Counted from the stretch's first letter, positions 38,997-54,231 are shown. The stretch: 64,000 nt of DNA from Lingula anatina (GCA_051362555.1 CM120640.1:22678225-22742224), one strand, 5' to 3'. Notes: a model not told the origin generated them from the sequence alone. A program made the numbers and translations.

Positions 38997-41900
38997 ATGT
39001 CAGATGGTCTGGAAGAAAGCACTCCATCTTCTGCCAACGCGGAAACCATGGAAGTGGATGGTTCTGGACCTCAAAGCGAAAGCGAAACAAATAGGCCAGA
39101 GATCAGTCCAAATGCCGTGGATCTGAAAGACGGTGGTGTTTTCAAAGAAATCAAGAGAGAGGGTATTGGGAGTGAGACTCCGTGCACGGGAGATGAAGTT
39201 TATGTTCATTACACAGGGAAGTTAGTGGATGGGACTGTTTTTGATACCAGCAAAACAAGAGATGAGTTTTCCTTTAAACTGGACAGAGGTAAATAGGTAT
39301 ACTTATAACAATTTGATTGTCAACAGATACATGGACTCAGTAAAACATTATATCTTGGTCACAGTACACTTTTATGTCTTTTATCCAATCGGCGACGATA
39401 TACACACATTAAATTAATGTGAATTTTCAATTGGGTCTAAGTATACTGTCATGCCTATAATTCACGCGACAACTAATTGATCATTTTCTGACATCTGTAT
39501 GCGTACATGGTGACGAGATAATTATAGGGCAAAACACAATTGGCAATGAAAATGAGAAGACGTCAAGCCCGCCCTATGTTCGCTAATATGCAAATCAACC
39601 CCGCTTGTCCATCGGTGGCGGCTTGTCACCCTGTTTATGCTCGACGGGGAGTTAATTGCCGCTTGCTGTAAGCCGACGTAATTACATAGTTGCTTATCTG
39701 CCGGTACTGTTCCTTTCTCTAGGCTGACATAGGGCCTATCTCCTGCCTTGCTAACGGGTTTTTCTTCACTTTGCAAAGTTTTGTTTGAAAGATTTAATAT
39801 TTATTCTACTTGTGAGTTTTTGTCCTGCTATTCACAATTTTCCCACATAACGGCCAACGTTAATTTGAAAATGACGTAATGCAGTATCGGTCACAAACCA
39901 CGGAGCGTGCTGAGGTAATGAGCAAAAATAAAATAAACTACTTCAGACGTTGTGAAGATCATCTGTATATTCGCTTCTTTAATGTCTTTTACCGTGACAT
40001 TATATGCTGATCTCATTTGAAAGTTTTTCGCGTATTATTAATTTCGGTCAACTTATTCTGTCAAGCCATACGGGCCTGTCACTGCACGTGCGCCATCTTG
40101 AATTTTATATGTAGAGGGAGGCAGGTCGACAGCCATGCGAAAAAGGACTGTGCGCGCGGAGAAGTGAAAGTGATACCTTTTTGAAAAACGATATCATTAA
40201 AAAATACATTCATAAAAATTTTAACTTTGCTCGTCGGAGGCTGATACCCCACAAAGGGCTCAAGCTGCTTTGCACTGAGTTATTTATAAGTGGGATCTAT
40301 TTATGTCCTGGAGTGGTTCATCGTAGAAATATAATTTTGTAAAATTGCAGTAATAACAACATTCTAATTCATTGCTTCTTTGTACAAGCAAGATGCTCTT
40401 TTCAAATGAATAATGAAATTAATGAATCATGTAATTAGGTTGAGAGAAAGCAGCTTGTTATCTATAAATGGGTCTGTGTTAATTTTTTTTTTTTTCAGGT
40501 CGATCCTTAGATTGTGTCTATTGGCTGGTAATGTAGTTCTGTCTTTTAAAATTGATCAACAACTAGTTTTTAAATTTTCTTTAATAAAATACAAATAACA
40601 AGTTTGAAATTGAAACTCTAACATGCATGAAAAGCCAATTATAGTTCCAGTGTTATACTATTAAAATCCTATTTCAGCATGCAAAATATAGGCCCTATAT
40701 TTCAAAAAGTTTGCATCGATCATGTTTTGTTTGCTTAACCTTTTTGTTTTAGATTTTGAACACATGAATGGAATTTGTAAATATTCTACACAATATAATT
40801 CTTTTTTATTAGTTTTGAATTTTAATATATGGACAGTATTAATTAGATAAAATGTTACTTATTAAAAAAACGTAAATTTATTGAGAATAAAAATTCAAAA
40901 TGCCCTTCTGTAAGCGTATTTTTGAGAGATAATTCTGTACAGTATTTACGAGTGTAAATAATATGCGTTTGACAGCATTTTCTTTCAAATGTGATTCTTT
41001 AGAAATGTGCGAATTAACTTTTCTTGTCTTACAGACAGACACAGAGAGGACTTAAGGTCCGAAACCAGAAGGCCACATGGAAAATACAACTAAGGTCTGC
41101 AAAAGGCTGCCTCCTTTGTAGGGTCTTATCTAGCTCACGAAACTCTTTATTAATAATGCGATTTGATTAAATTATCACAGATGATGATTTAGTCTAATTG
41201 GTGTGCTACACGGAAAAGAAGGGCGCGTAGAAAGTTGCCTAGGTCTGTAAATATATGCGTTTTGGTGTCGGGGGGGGGGGGGGGGGTCTCCTTTTCTTGC
41301 CACAGTATTTAAATATTTTATCTGGAAATTATTCGATCACCAATCGTCAAGCTGTCTATGCAGAAAGATATTTTTTAAACTAGCAGAGAGCACCTGCATT
41401 GGAGAAGACGACCTGGCAGAGAAAGACGAAGATAAAGATCACTCTCTCATACTTTTTTCCCGTAAATATTTTGATATTAAAGACTCCCGTCCCTCTTCTC
41501 TTGTTCGTGTCCTTCTTTTCTACATTTACTGCATTTTATCACTTGTTTTCCCCGAAGTAAGAATGAATCGTTTGAGCAAGCGGGCTTGGTAGAAAAAGAG
41601 GGGAGATATGGACATCAATCTTATTTCCCGTAAATGTTTTTAATATTAAGGATTCCCATCACTTTTTCTTGATAGTTTCCTCTTTCCTCTATTTCTTTTC
41701 GCTGCACTTTTATCTGTTGACTTCTCTTAAATAAAATGAATCAAATCTAAATAAAACAAATAACGGAGAGCAGATTCTTTGGTGAAATTATTTATCTGTC
41801 AAAAACCTTATAAAACGTTAAAACATTCTTTATGAATAACGACCCATGCAGTAGTGTAAAATATCCATTTTGTAGAAGGTTGCACAGGATTAAATTCTCG

Positions 41901-44900
41901 ATGCAATAAACGATTATTTCCTAGTCTTTCATTAGCCTACCAGCACCTAATTGAGAAAATTTTGATTCACCCCAAGAAGTTATAACTTCTTGTTCACCCT
42001 GACACTGCCAACGAAAAAGTTCTTTAGTTTACTGGTGTCTCTTGAATATTTAGGCACTGTTGATGGCCCCAAAGATTGAAATTTGCTGAAACCGATGCTT
42101 TATCGCTATTGTTTAATGATTAACAATTGCTGCCTGAGAACGCTCTTGGGGTGTATACTAGTAGACATAGACAAAGAATGGAATAGTTTTTAATATAAAG
42201 GTCACTTACAACCCAGTCATTAGGTAACACTGGACAACGAAACAAAGGGGAGACTACCAGTTGTAACTGCCATTGAATGAAATGTAAAAGGTGCGAAATC
42301 GGCCACCCCTTAATGCGATCATTAACCAGCAAACAAAGCGTTGTATTGTAATTTCCACCGCCGACAAGCGGGATATCAAAAAAGTATGACAATCTTTTTA
42401 CTTCCACCATCCATCCCTAGGACGTACATGTACACATGAAAATAACATTGATAATTATTCTTGTTATAATACATGAAGTAAATTGAAAAAATTAAAACTT
42501 TGTTAATTTGGACTTACTTCATACATGATGTTATTGTGTTCACGACAAAGGCTAATCAAATGCCATTTACCCTTAAAGATTTATTTGGGCGAACTCTCCT
42601 CCACAGCATTTGCACACGTATCAGTTAAAGATCTTCTTTTAAATAATCTATTTCGTAGTTGCAGTAAGCGAATGCAGTTATGTGACCGATCTGCACAAAC
42701 ACTTAGGCCCTTGCCGTTAGGCAAATTGACACACTTCTAAGTCATTTTTGATAATTTTTTCTAATGCCCAATAAGAATTTTTGCATGGAATTAATTTTCC
42801 ACCGCTCAGCTGGCATTCAGTAATATATCGCGAGGACATTGCACTAACCGATGAGAGGCTGTGGTTTAAGCTAGATACAACACTCGCCACCGAGCTGTAT
42901 CCGAAAATTACTCAACCTGTGGCTCGACAATACGCTCGTTATATTTCAAGTTCGGCTCTGCGACTTGTATCTATCACTTATTACAATGTCCAGGTAGCTT
43001 GCCCAGCTGTGGTTTTATATTATCGCTATTTAGGTTCCTTTCGAAACCAGCTTCGTTTCCACGAAAACAACATACATGTACAGTGTTTTGGATGTTACTC
43101 ACACGAAGACCTGGCACGGCTTTGTCGTTGGTAATTTCTTTTTATTGTTTAGTGCTATCTATACCCCTATCACTTAACCTGAGAAGTTTCCAAACGTAAG
43201 GACAAAGAGAAAAGTGTGATGTATCGAGACAAAAGGGAGATCGGTAGATACGTCCAAAATTAGGGAGACTTCTGCCAAGTTCGGAAGGGTTAATTGGTAT
43301 GGGCCACAGACTGATCGCTCGAGAAATTCACCAAAACTACAAGAAAAATCCTTCAAATGTATTAAATAGCAGAGGCCCATTCCCCTGATTGTAAGAAGCA
43401 AACAAAACAACGAGACGGCAGGTCGACATTCAGCCTAGAGCAAGGTGCAATACCGCCAAGTTGAAAGCTGTTAATTAAGTCGGATTAGAGCGCGCATCAA
43501 TTTACTTCCCGTCGCGCTTGGCGAGGACGAACTCCCGTCTCCAAGGGTCGCCCGTACAATAATTTACATATGCGCTCCTCCCCCTGTGCGCTTAGGCCCT
43601 GTATGAGTCCACGTCGCTATTGTTTGCTACCCGCACAGGCTTTTGTAGTTTATCAAAACAACCCATTGTCTCTCAGGGGGCGTGAGTACAGAGTTAATAC
43701 GTACATGGAGTATACGCATACAGATTGTCGCGCGAATTATGAGCACAACCAGTAGTACGTACATGTTTGTTCTTGTCTCACCTTGTATGTATTTACATTT
43801 ATCTTCAGTTTTTATTATTTCCTCCATTGCTATGTAATTATTGTTATGTTATCCTTGTGTCATCTTTGAAAAATTGATCACACCTTACTTTGAAGGCCAA
43901 AGTCAATAAAATATTCTATGATTAAAGCCTAAGGCTGAACTGAAATCATCAGATTAAAAATGCATATAGTGTGATACTGTTTTTTTTTGTTTTTTTTTTT
44001 TCGAGTGACATAGCTACAAACTCAAAGATATACTTTTGCACCAGATTTATAGAAATTAAGACCAGTGAGCTATTTAATTCAGATTATAAGAAAAACACAA
44101 ATAATGATCCTACATTCTAACTTTTTTCTTTAGGGAGTGTCATAAAAGCATGGGATATTGCGCTTGCCACAATGAAGGTTGGAGAAATGGCAGAAGTGAC
44201 ATGTCGACCTGACTTCGCATATGGTGATACTGGAAGCCCACCTAAAATCCCTCCAAATTCTTGGCTGATCTTTGAAATTGAGCTTTTGGGTTTTATGGGT
44301 AAGTGAAACAGCGTAAGTCAACATAAGCAATCATGATAAAAAAATAACATCACTTTCTAAAAAAAATACCATAACAAACATAACACATCTCCTGAATCAT
44401 TATTTTAAATGAACTTTGGTCAAATATACTAATACTCTGTAACAGCAGTTCATAGTTAGGAATTCTTTTACTTTCATTTCAAGTAGATCTAAAAAAAGTA
44501 GGATTTTATGGAATTGTTATTAAAGATTTAACCATAACTTGGTTTAGTGACAGCTAGCTTTAGTTTTTCAGATAATACTACAGTGTCTTAATGAAAGAAA
44601 TTAATACTGAGGATTCATTGTTTTTTATTTATAATTATATTAAACAGGTGAAGATGTCTCAACAGACAAAGATGGTGGTGTTAGAAAAAGTGTCATTGTG
44701 AAAGGAGAAGGATACAAGACTCCTAATGATGGTGCTCAAGTTGAAAGTAAGTTCTTGAACTGGTTCAATGTAAATGTCCACATGTGAGAGTGTATAGTGT
44801 GTGCATGTACATGCTTAATTTTGTACAAAGGCCTCAGGGAGGTTGCAAACATGAAAAATATTTTTAACAAAATAGATTGATTTTCACTAGATGAATTAAG

Positions 44901-47900
44901 TGGTACATAACATGTACACATTTAAAATCCTTTCTTGCAAAACAGTAATAATGAAATAATTTAACTCATTTTTACAGTGCACATTATTGGAAAATGCAAT
45001 GGCTCTGTGTTCGAGGACAAGGATTTGGCATTTATAGTCGGTGATTGCCAAGATGAGGTTGTAGTGGAAGGAGTTGAAATGGCTGTAAAAAAGCTGAAGG
45101 AAGGAGAAACAGCCAGAGTTAAAGTGCAATCAAAATATGCATATGGTGGAGAAGGAAGCAAAAAGTACGGTATTCCACCAAACGCTGACTTAGAATACGA
45201 AATGAAAATGAAAAAGTTTGAAAAGGTAAATCAAGAGATGAGTTGATTTGAATTTTTTTGAAAATGTTGAACAGTTTGATGTTTAATTTTGTGCAGTCCC
45301 TTATGTGGTCAAGTTGAACATTTTGATACTCATCAAACAATCACATGACATGGTCTTTCCACATTTTAGCTAGATAAAAATGTCAGATGCTTAAGTACTG
45401 ATTTTAGAAATGCTAAAGATGGTAGCCATTTACATGCAAATACATGCTAAATATTTGCAATTTTCATTGTTAATTTTTGGTTTTCAGTTATAAAGGCGTG
45501 ACCTCTTCTGGTTCTTAGTCCCATCATTAGCCATAAAGGGAGTAAAGAAGCTTTGAAAAGGGATTTGCTACCCACTCATTTTCTTCATATCACAGGTCCA
45601 CAAATGTGTTTTGATTAATTTTGTTGTCTTGTGTTTCACATTGCAGGCCAAAGAATCATGGGAAATGGATGGTAAGGAGAAGCTAGATCAATCTGAAGTT
45701 GTTAAAGAAAAGGGAACCAAATTTTTCAAGGTACAGTTGCAGTTAAAGGAATTTTCAAACATTATAACAACATGTTATTCCAAGTTTTATTTTAATCACT
45801 GAGATTAAAAAGAAATACATTGGATATACATATGCATAACATCTATGTATAAACTTGGATATAATTTTTAGAATATTGGTAATGATTTATTTTATTATTC
45901 GTTTATTTTTTACTTATTTACTTTTGTATTCAAGTAACAACAATATTAAATATATAAGTATCAGTTGTTTCTCACTTTTCTTTGTTTTACTCTCTTGCTG
46001 TGAAGGAATTCTGTACTGATTGAACATTTTTCAACATTGTAGGAAGGTAGTTATAAGAAAGCAATAACATCTTACAAGCGGGTTATTAGCTACCTGGAAT
46101 ATGAAACTGACATGGAAGGTGAAGAGAAACAGAAGAGAGATGCCCTGATGCTGGCTGCTTACCTTAATACTGCAATGTGTTATTTAAAACTCAAAGATTA
46201 TGTTGAGGCAAGGAAACATAGTGATAGTGCCCTGGGCATAGATGTAAACAGTGAGAAGGGGTACTACAGGAGAGGAGAGGTAAGAATGTCATGTCTGAAA
46301 CCAGCATTTTCAAAGGGGATTTTTTTTAACCTTTTTGCAAAATACTGTATCCAAATATTTATATTTGATCTTAGTCCTTAGAGTAGCTAACTATCAAATG
46401 GAAAAAGTTTGGTCTATTCAGAATTCAGCTGCTGGTCTCCTCCATAAAAGACGTGGAACCATATCACACCAGTTCTCTGTGATCTTCATTGGATACCTGT
46501 GTCTCAAAAATTGTCTATAAGATATTACTCCTGACTTTTCAAATTTTAAAGGGCGACTGTCCATTTTACATGAACAATATAATGATGCTTTTAACTCTTC
46601 CATCCAGTGGTCAATTTCAACTCGAGCGAAACAATATAGAAAAAACTTTTAAAACATACAGTCACAGTAATTTTGAAATTGCTGCACCAATTTTTTGGTT
46701 CAGTTTCATTAACAAATCAATTAAAAAACGTTTTTATTTAAAGAATAATTTAGTTAACTTATACCTTTTAGTTTTAATCACTTTTATATTAGCTTTACTT
46801 TTTATATACATATGTAAACAGTGCTGAGACACATGTGAAGAAATGAATTATTATTATTATAAGTCTAGTTTGTTTGTTTGTTTGTTTTTTCATGTCCATA
46901 TATTGAAGTGTTAGTCCAATTTTTATTATTTCATACACAGTCAAATAATGAGCCTGTTTTTTGCAATGTATATTTCAATGATATATTAGAAAAGAATTTT
47001 TCTCTATGATGTTTTTCAGGCTAATATGGGTTTAAACGAATTTGAAGATGCAAAGAAAGATTTCAGTAAAGTATTAGAGATAAACCCCAAAAATAAAGCA
47101 GCAAGGGATGAGCAGATGAGAGCAAACAAGAAAATAAAAGAGCAGAATGCCAAAGAGAAGTCTATTTATCAGGGAATGTTCAAGAAATTTGCAGAGGCAG
47201 ATTCAAAGGTAAATCATCAACATGTCATCTGATATCTTATAGTAGTCATAATTTTAAAGTTCATATGTTAAGCTGATAGATTTTGGGCAAGAGAACAAAA
47301 AATAACTAAGGGTTTTTTTTTTTAATGCCTTCAGTACTTTTTGGTACTAACACTTTTAACCACCACTATTCAGATTTCTTTTTGTTTTTTGTGACCATGT
47401 TTAAAAATACACAATAAGGCTACTTATATTGCTTTTATTATCACTTCTGGTAAAGATACATTTTTTGACTTGTGTTGTAATTTCTTTACTTAGACAGCAT
47501 TCAAAAGACCTTTTATAATGCAACCTCATGAGCTGTCTTTTAGTGTAAAAAATTTGGAAATATGCTTAAATACCAATTTAAAGAAAATTTTTATTTTTGT
47601 TAGAATAAATGTTTTCAGACCAAATTAGCCATGGATTGTTCTATTGATAAAATGTTTTACACCTATGCACACATTTTGTGTAGCTAATCTTCCCTATGGT
47701 AATTTGTACTTCATTAATTGGTTGTAATTTCGACCTTTTTCTGAATTTGTAATTACTAAATTTTATTTGTATGATTTACACCACAATATGACACATCTGG
47801 AAGATTATTTTACCACCAATGAAGTGAAGACCAGCCCTAATCAACCCATCTTTTTCTGCAGCCTGATAGTCTATACAGTGGGGCTGTATTTGAAAATGTT

Positions 47901-48032
47901 GACGAGTGGTCTAATGACATGGCAGAAGGTATGATGCCATTAGAGGAAGAAATGGAGGCATTTGGGGAAACGGCTCGAGTTCGAGGCAGTAAGACCAGCA
48001 ATCACCACAGGGAGGACTTGGATGATGATTAG
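38997..48032 (+). CDS. FKBP4: FKBP4/FKBP5-like peptidyl-prolyl isomerase (two FKBP domains + TPR; Hsp90 co-chaperone), isoform with proximal last exon, ~494 aa
   Basis: Exons 38997-39288, 44134-44298, 44648-44746, 44978-45225, 45647-45730, 46043-46279, 47020-47208, 47862-48032. Motifs: [91 protein letters not shown]. Confidence 0.9.
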
Positions 48033-48900
48033 TTCACCACCTGCTCTGTAACAGCTCCTAGGTAAATGAGGGAATATAGGTAGCTGTATGTGGTTGCTGG
48101 CAGTTGTGGCATTGATTGTCATATACCCAGTATTTGTCGATTTGACAATATTTCCCTCTGATATGCTCTTACTAGTGTCCAATCCCCCCTCTTACCCCCC
48201 CCCCCCCCCAAAAAAAAAAAAAAAAAAACAATTTTTTTTTTTTTAGTTATAATGGAAACTTTACCAAATTCTTTGATTAATCAGTGAAAGAAACATTCGA
48301 AAGATTAACATAAGATATCCAACTGAACAAATGCTGCATTAGTATCATGCAGTCTGGTTATTGGTCATTTATTAAATTTGTGCTACATCTTTCCACAGAC
48401 TTAATCTAAGAATCATAGTGTTTGCAGCTGTACTTGATGAAACAGCCTTGATGGAAATGTTTTATATATCTCCTTTGGGGAATTTTTCATTTCTGTTGAA
48501 AAGAAGTATAAAAAGAATTACACCCCACTCTCTTATACAAATACTATTGGAATGCTTACCGTACCTAAGGTACCTATATTGATAATTGTAACATAAGAAA
48601 ATTGAATGACATTTAGATATATATATTAGAGATCAATTGGTATTAGTTATTTATGGTAGAATATTTTTAATATTTTTATTCATACAGAGCAGGTGGTGAG
48701 AGTAGTCTTTTTTTTTTTTACCCTTAGCAGGAGACGTGGCAGAATGCAGTATAGTAAAGAGTGGAAACCATGGGACTATTATTTCACGGACAGAACATTA
48801 TGATCACAATCTGTGGTTTTAATTTTTACTTCATATATATGGTGTTTAAGCACCTGAGAAGCAGCTTTAAGGCTAAGTAAATTCTTTTTTATTGTTTCAG

Positions 48901-48984
48901 GGAGTCAAAGACAAAGCTGTTGATGGACCAGGAAGCGGGGATCAAGCCAAGATGGAGACACAGTCTGAAGGAACTGCTGTGTAG
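48901..48984 (+). CDS. FKBP4: Alternative distal last coding exon of FKBP4-like (GVKDKAVDGPGSGDQAKMETQSEGTAV*), isoform ~465 aa
   Basis: Strong polypyrimidine tract + ttcag acceptor at 48900, phase 0 matching donor at 47208; AATAAA at ~49464. Confidence 0.65.
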   Translation, partial: GVKDKAVDGPGSGDQAKMETQSEGTAV

Positions 48985-51900
48985 GTCACAACCTAACAAC
49001 AGGGCAAAGATGAACAGATGCATTATTCCAGGAAACAAATTGAACATTTGGACAGAGATGTGCAAAAGAAAGAAACCGATAGAGGAAAGTGTGTCAGATT
49101 AAGAGAATTGGGAAAAAAGTAATTTTTTGAGCTGTTTGTAGACAACAGACATTAAAAAATGCTGCCTCATTTCTCTATGTGTCAACTTAATTAATGAAAC
49201 AAGATGTGAACTGTAAATTTTTTATGTGTTGTAATCATTTGTAATTGTACATTTATATGTTATTCTCTTGAAAATGCTTCTTTGGCATTTTAAAAGAAGA
49301 ATTGCAGTTGTAAAATAATCAAAGGTGCAGTTTTTTAATGTTTTAGAAATAACTGTATTTGGATATGCATTCCTTGTATAAAAATGTCATCTTCATGTTT
49401 ATATGAAGTAAATCCTTGCATCTAGCAGATTTGAATGCAGTAAGTGTTCAACTAAATGCATTAAATAAAAGAAGTGGTTACTTTCTTTGCAGTTGTTTTC
49501 AGTACCTCAAATGTTACTAGTTATATACAGACACTTTGGTATTTTTTTTTACCCTATAACTTCCAAATCACATTGTTTTACTAAAAAATTTTCCCCACTT
49601 AATCAAATAATTATTGAGAAAAAAAGGAACTTTCTCATACTAACAAATTATTGCTACTCCCATCCATGCACTTGTACTTGATGTTTTATACCATTTCTGG
49701 GAAAATTATTTGGTGACCAGTTACAAAAACGGTCCTGTTTTCCTGCACATTTCAGAAGGAAATATCAGCATCAGGTAGCTTTATTTAAGTACACTGCAGC
49801 AATCCTGTCCATGAAATGTACTGGTAGATTGAACTGTTTGTGAAAAAAAGTTGCAAAATTGTCTTTTACCAACCTTCACATATGCGTAATTGCATTAACA
49901 TAACAATAGACAGGTGAGTGAACTATATCTAAGGGAGTGTTCAGATAAACCCACTGTACCAGCTTGATTGATCCAACTCTGTGGAGATTGTCACATATTA
50001 TGGGGAGTCAATGTAATCATCTTATAAAAATTTAATCAATAAATCTGTTGGCCCATATACCCTCATTCAAAAAAGTTCAACATTTCGCTATTTTTAATAA
50101 TTATAAAATTTGAGCTTAGATAAATATTTTAACCAAATATTGATGGATAATGCACTCGCCATTTGTTTATTTTATATACATGGAAGATTTTCACACTACA
50201 TTACATAGTATTTTAATTATTGAAACACAATTGTATGTTTCTGAACTTTTTTGGTCGAGTGTATATTCCGTTCTTTGCAAATTATTTTAACAGCAACTCC
50301 TCGATCAAAAAGCGCCCTACCTGTTGTAAGTTGCTTGACAATAAACCCCTCAGTAGAAAGAGGTAGAACAAGTAGAAAGCAGTTATGTGTAATGTACATA
50401 ATTCAATAATTTGTTATGTATGGTTTTGTAAGAGTAATATACAAGTCTTTCTCCTGCTGTGATTTGAGTTTGATTTTCTGGCGGCCAATTATATGCCATG
50501 AGGGGTGATGTTCCAGGCAATTCCGTTTGAAGGATGACAGCCAGGACAAGTTCATTCCTTTTGAGTGGTAACAGTAAGGTCAATTCTACTTTGTTTGAGG
50601 GGAGTGATAGTTAGCAATAGTCTGTTCATTCTGAGGAGAGGTGGGACTGAGTCCAAGTCTGTCAGAGTGAACAGACAAAATGGTAAACGGGTAAATCAAA
50701 TATCTCAGATATTTATCTGGATCTATCATAAATGAAAACTTTTTGACAGGTAACTGCACCATCTAACCAAGGCGCAATCTAATTCTTTTGTTTTGTCTGT
50801 ATGTGAATTATTTATGATGTCTAGATCTTATGTAAATCACTTTCTAAGAGTAATAGAGTTGAAAAGAAGTTTTTCTAAGTCAAACAAGAATATATTTTTG
50901 GTAGTTTATTGTTACATATATGCATTTATTTTCCTACAAAATGACATGGGCATGTATAAAAAGCTTCTCTGAAGCACCACCCACAGAAGATTGTACCCAA
51001 CACTATATCAGTTCCACAATTCTCTAATTATTAACATACTTATGTAGAAAGAAAAGTTGAGGACTTGTGCCTTGAAGTTGTATTAAACCAAATGTTCGAA
51101 AAAATGATCAAATGGACATTCCACAAAACAAGTCTCCTGGAATACTAAATAATACTTTTACTTTTTGAAAGCCATAACTAACAAGCATTAGCCATGTGGA
51201 TATAACACTTGCTAAAGGCTATATATGGTTTTAATACCTTTTTGAAGTAAAAACACTGGTTGTTTTCGTTCGATTCCAACTCTTTTTTTAAGAAATTTTG
51301 TTACAATTCAAAGGTATAAAAGTTTCAAAATTTATCAAATCATATACATACAAAAAGTTAAACATGATCAAATAAAATAATGTTATGGACTTAACCGGGT
51401 CTTTTGGCATAAAATACTCTACATAAATGATGCTTTATATATGGATATATATGAAATGTACAAAACAAAAAAGAGTAAATAGAGTAAATTGTTAAAGCTG
51501 CAAGTTCAAAATAAGTACCTTTCAATAGCTCATACACCAAATCATAGAAATTCAGATCAGTATGGTTGGTCTTCTTTAAATATCTGCAGAGTGCCCTTAC
51601 AATCACTATTAGGTATAACTGTAAAGCAGCAGTTTTTACACCATTCTGTACACTTAAATAAAAAAGAGCAAATTATTGCATAAAAATAAAGGGCTACTTT
51701 CTAGGATAAATGAAAGTATAATACTGGATATTGCAACACTACTGCTCTCCCCCACCAGTTATGAAAGACATATTACTCTGGCAATAAGAGCTACTAAGCT
51801 ACATATATTTCATGAATAATATAACCTGTACATTTCTAAAAATACTGTCAACAGTATTCCATCAAGAAATTTATAAGATCTATAGTTTATATGGTTAATA

Positions 51901-54231
51901 CACAAAAGACTACGCTGTTCAGATCAGAGATGGAAAAAATCTGGTCACAGAATTGCATGAATGACTAGATGGCCACGCCATGATAAATGTGAAGTACAGT
52001 ATTGTCAATTTGCTGTTGATCCTCTTCTCTGATATACTGTGTAATTTAACTTCTGATACAACACAAAATACAAAACATTCCAGTGACATAAATACCAGTT
52101 TTGTCAACACAGCCACTTCCTTTAAGAAACAAATTGGAGAGAAAATGAAACTTCACAAAAGGTTAGTATAGTATTTGTCATCAATTTGCCTGTACAATTC
52201 CAAAGTTCCAAATGTACTACAAGTTTCCCTAAACTCCACGCCCATGGTAATCTCTTTATCTACGGCCAAGAATCGTGGGTTTTTTGTCATGAAAACCTGT
52301 CACTTTTTTCTTGTGAGTAAAACTTTCTTCAAACATCTCCACTGAGGAGAGGGTAACTGATAAACGGATATGTACAAACCTTCAGGAAATTGCATTTAAA
52401 AGTAAAACAGCAGAGTAGTTGGAAGATATGATTCATGGTCCTGTTTCTTCTTTCTGTTAACTAAGATGGTCTTAACTGATGCCATTTATGCTTTATAAAC
52501 AATTTTCAAACAAAAGAGCATTGTAAATATTCACATACTGACACTGCCATTCTGACACAGATCCAAACTGCTCCACATAAGTGTGCAGAATGCAAGATAT
52601 GCGACAAGAAAGAAATGACAGTCTTCTATTGGCATTTATAGTGAATTATCAACATATCTTGGAAACATAAAGGTCTTACATCCAGTAAAATGATGTTTAA
52701 CATACCCTAACATGTTATACATTATTGGTCATTAAAGCAAAACTAGTAAGAGTAGTACAAACAAATAACACTTAACATATTACCCTCTCACTAGATGTAA
52801 TTAAACTGGAAATAAAATTAAACAATACAAACATATTACTAATAGATATACATCTTTGTTGCAAAAAAAAAAATGTTTACATTACATGCACTTGGATTAC
52901 ACAGACTAGACTGGTTTTCCATACAGAAAAAGCACCTTGCTACATGTAAGATATAAAACTAAAAGCTTTGAGAATATATTGTACAAAAATAATGCTATTT
53001 ACATCTCCTGTAAACAATATGAAAAGTTCACTCTTGGTGTAGTAAAAAAAAAGGGTAAGCAAATGAATACATGCTGTTGAGATTTTTCTCCAGAAATGCA
53101 GGGCAAAAGAAAAAATGCTTTTTACTGAGAAATACTTTTTCCTATCTTCAACAAAAATGATATCTAATGATATGGCAATTTATCATATGAAATGTTTAAC
53201 CAAGACAATGTCTCTCATGGCAAATTAACTGTTACCATTAACATCTGGTCTTACAACTGAAAACAGATATGGAATATAAAATAAATCAGCCCTAACAAGA
53301 ACAATAAATCTTGCTACAATGTTAAATGCTGCCCAAAGCACTTACTAGTAAAAAGCAGATGTTATCAGTTTCAATCCCTCCTCTTTATGGTCTTCAACTT
53401 TTGGGCTACAAATCAAACACTTGGACCACTATACAAGGCTTTTTGGTCCCTATGAACATCATGTAGTTTAAAGAAAACTCCATCTTGCAAAGGGTTCACT
53501 AAATTTGTTTTAGAGCTAACACCAGGATACAGACTGTTTGAATGCCTGTGTCAAAATAAAGAATCCATCCCCCCTCCTCCTAGTTTCCATTTAAGTCGGG
53601 TCCACCTAAGTGAAAATCAACTTAATGACATGCAACTTACCTAAATTAATGGTGGCCAGCGGGTAACAGGGAGATTTGATTAGCTGCCTATGGTGAGCTA
53701 ATCCTTATCAGCTAACGGTGAGATATGGAGATATGGATCATACTGACACCCAACTACTGTTATACCAAGATAAATAGTCTCTTCTAGATGTAGCTTTAAA
53801 ACAGTCGTTTAAGTTAACACATTGCTAGAGCCTAAATAACTGGCTGTACAAAACTATAAATAAAATAAATAAATTTAAAAATACTTTTAAAAAAACCAGC
53901 AGATTAAATATTTCAGCGACATAATCCCGTTTCCAACAGTTACAATGCATATATTCAGTTAACCCATTGATGCAAAACACATCAACATGCTTATTCAATG
54001 ATAATAAAAAAGCTTTAATATTGATTAAATGTAAATGCCATAGCATTACACAACAATTTCACAATATCTGAAAAAGAACTGCACTATACAAACATTAAAT
54101 CCATCTCAAGTTTGTCTGGTAACTCTGGAATATGAATACCTTAAGAATGTATATATGTATCTAAAATAAACCTACACTAAAGTAGAACATTACAAAGTGG
54201 TAATAAAAATCTATCACTATATTTAATCAAT

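Noticed and set aside
48688-48802. Third FKBP terminal exon (RRRGRMQYSKEWKPWDYYFTDRTL*)
   Set aside because: That frame does not match the phase-0 donor without an 8-nt micro-exon and an implausible 32-nt intron. In phase it gives only (Q)ETWQNAV*, which cannot be supported without transcripts.
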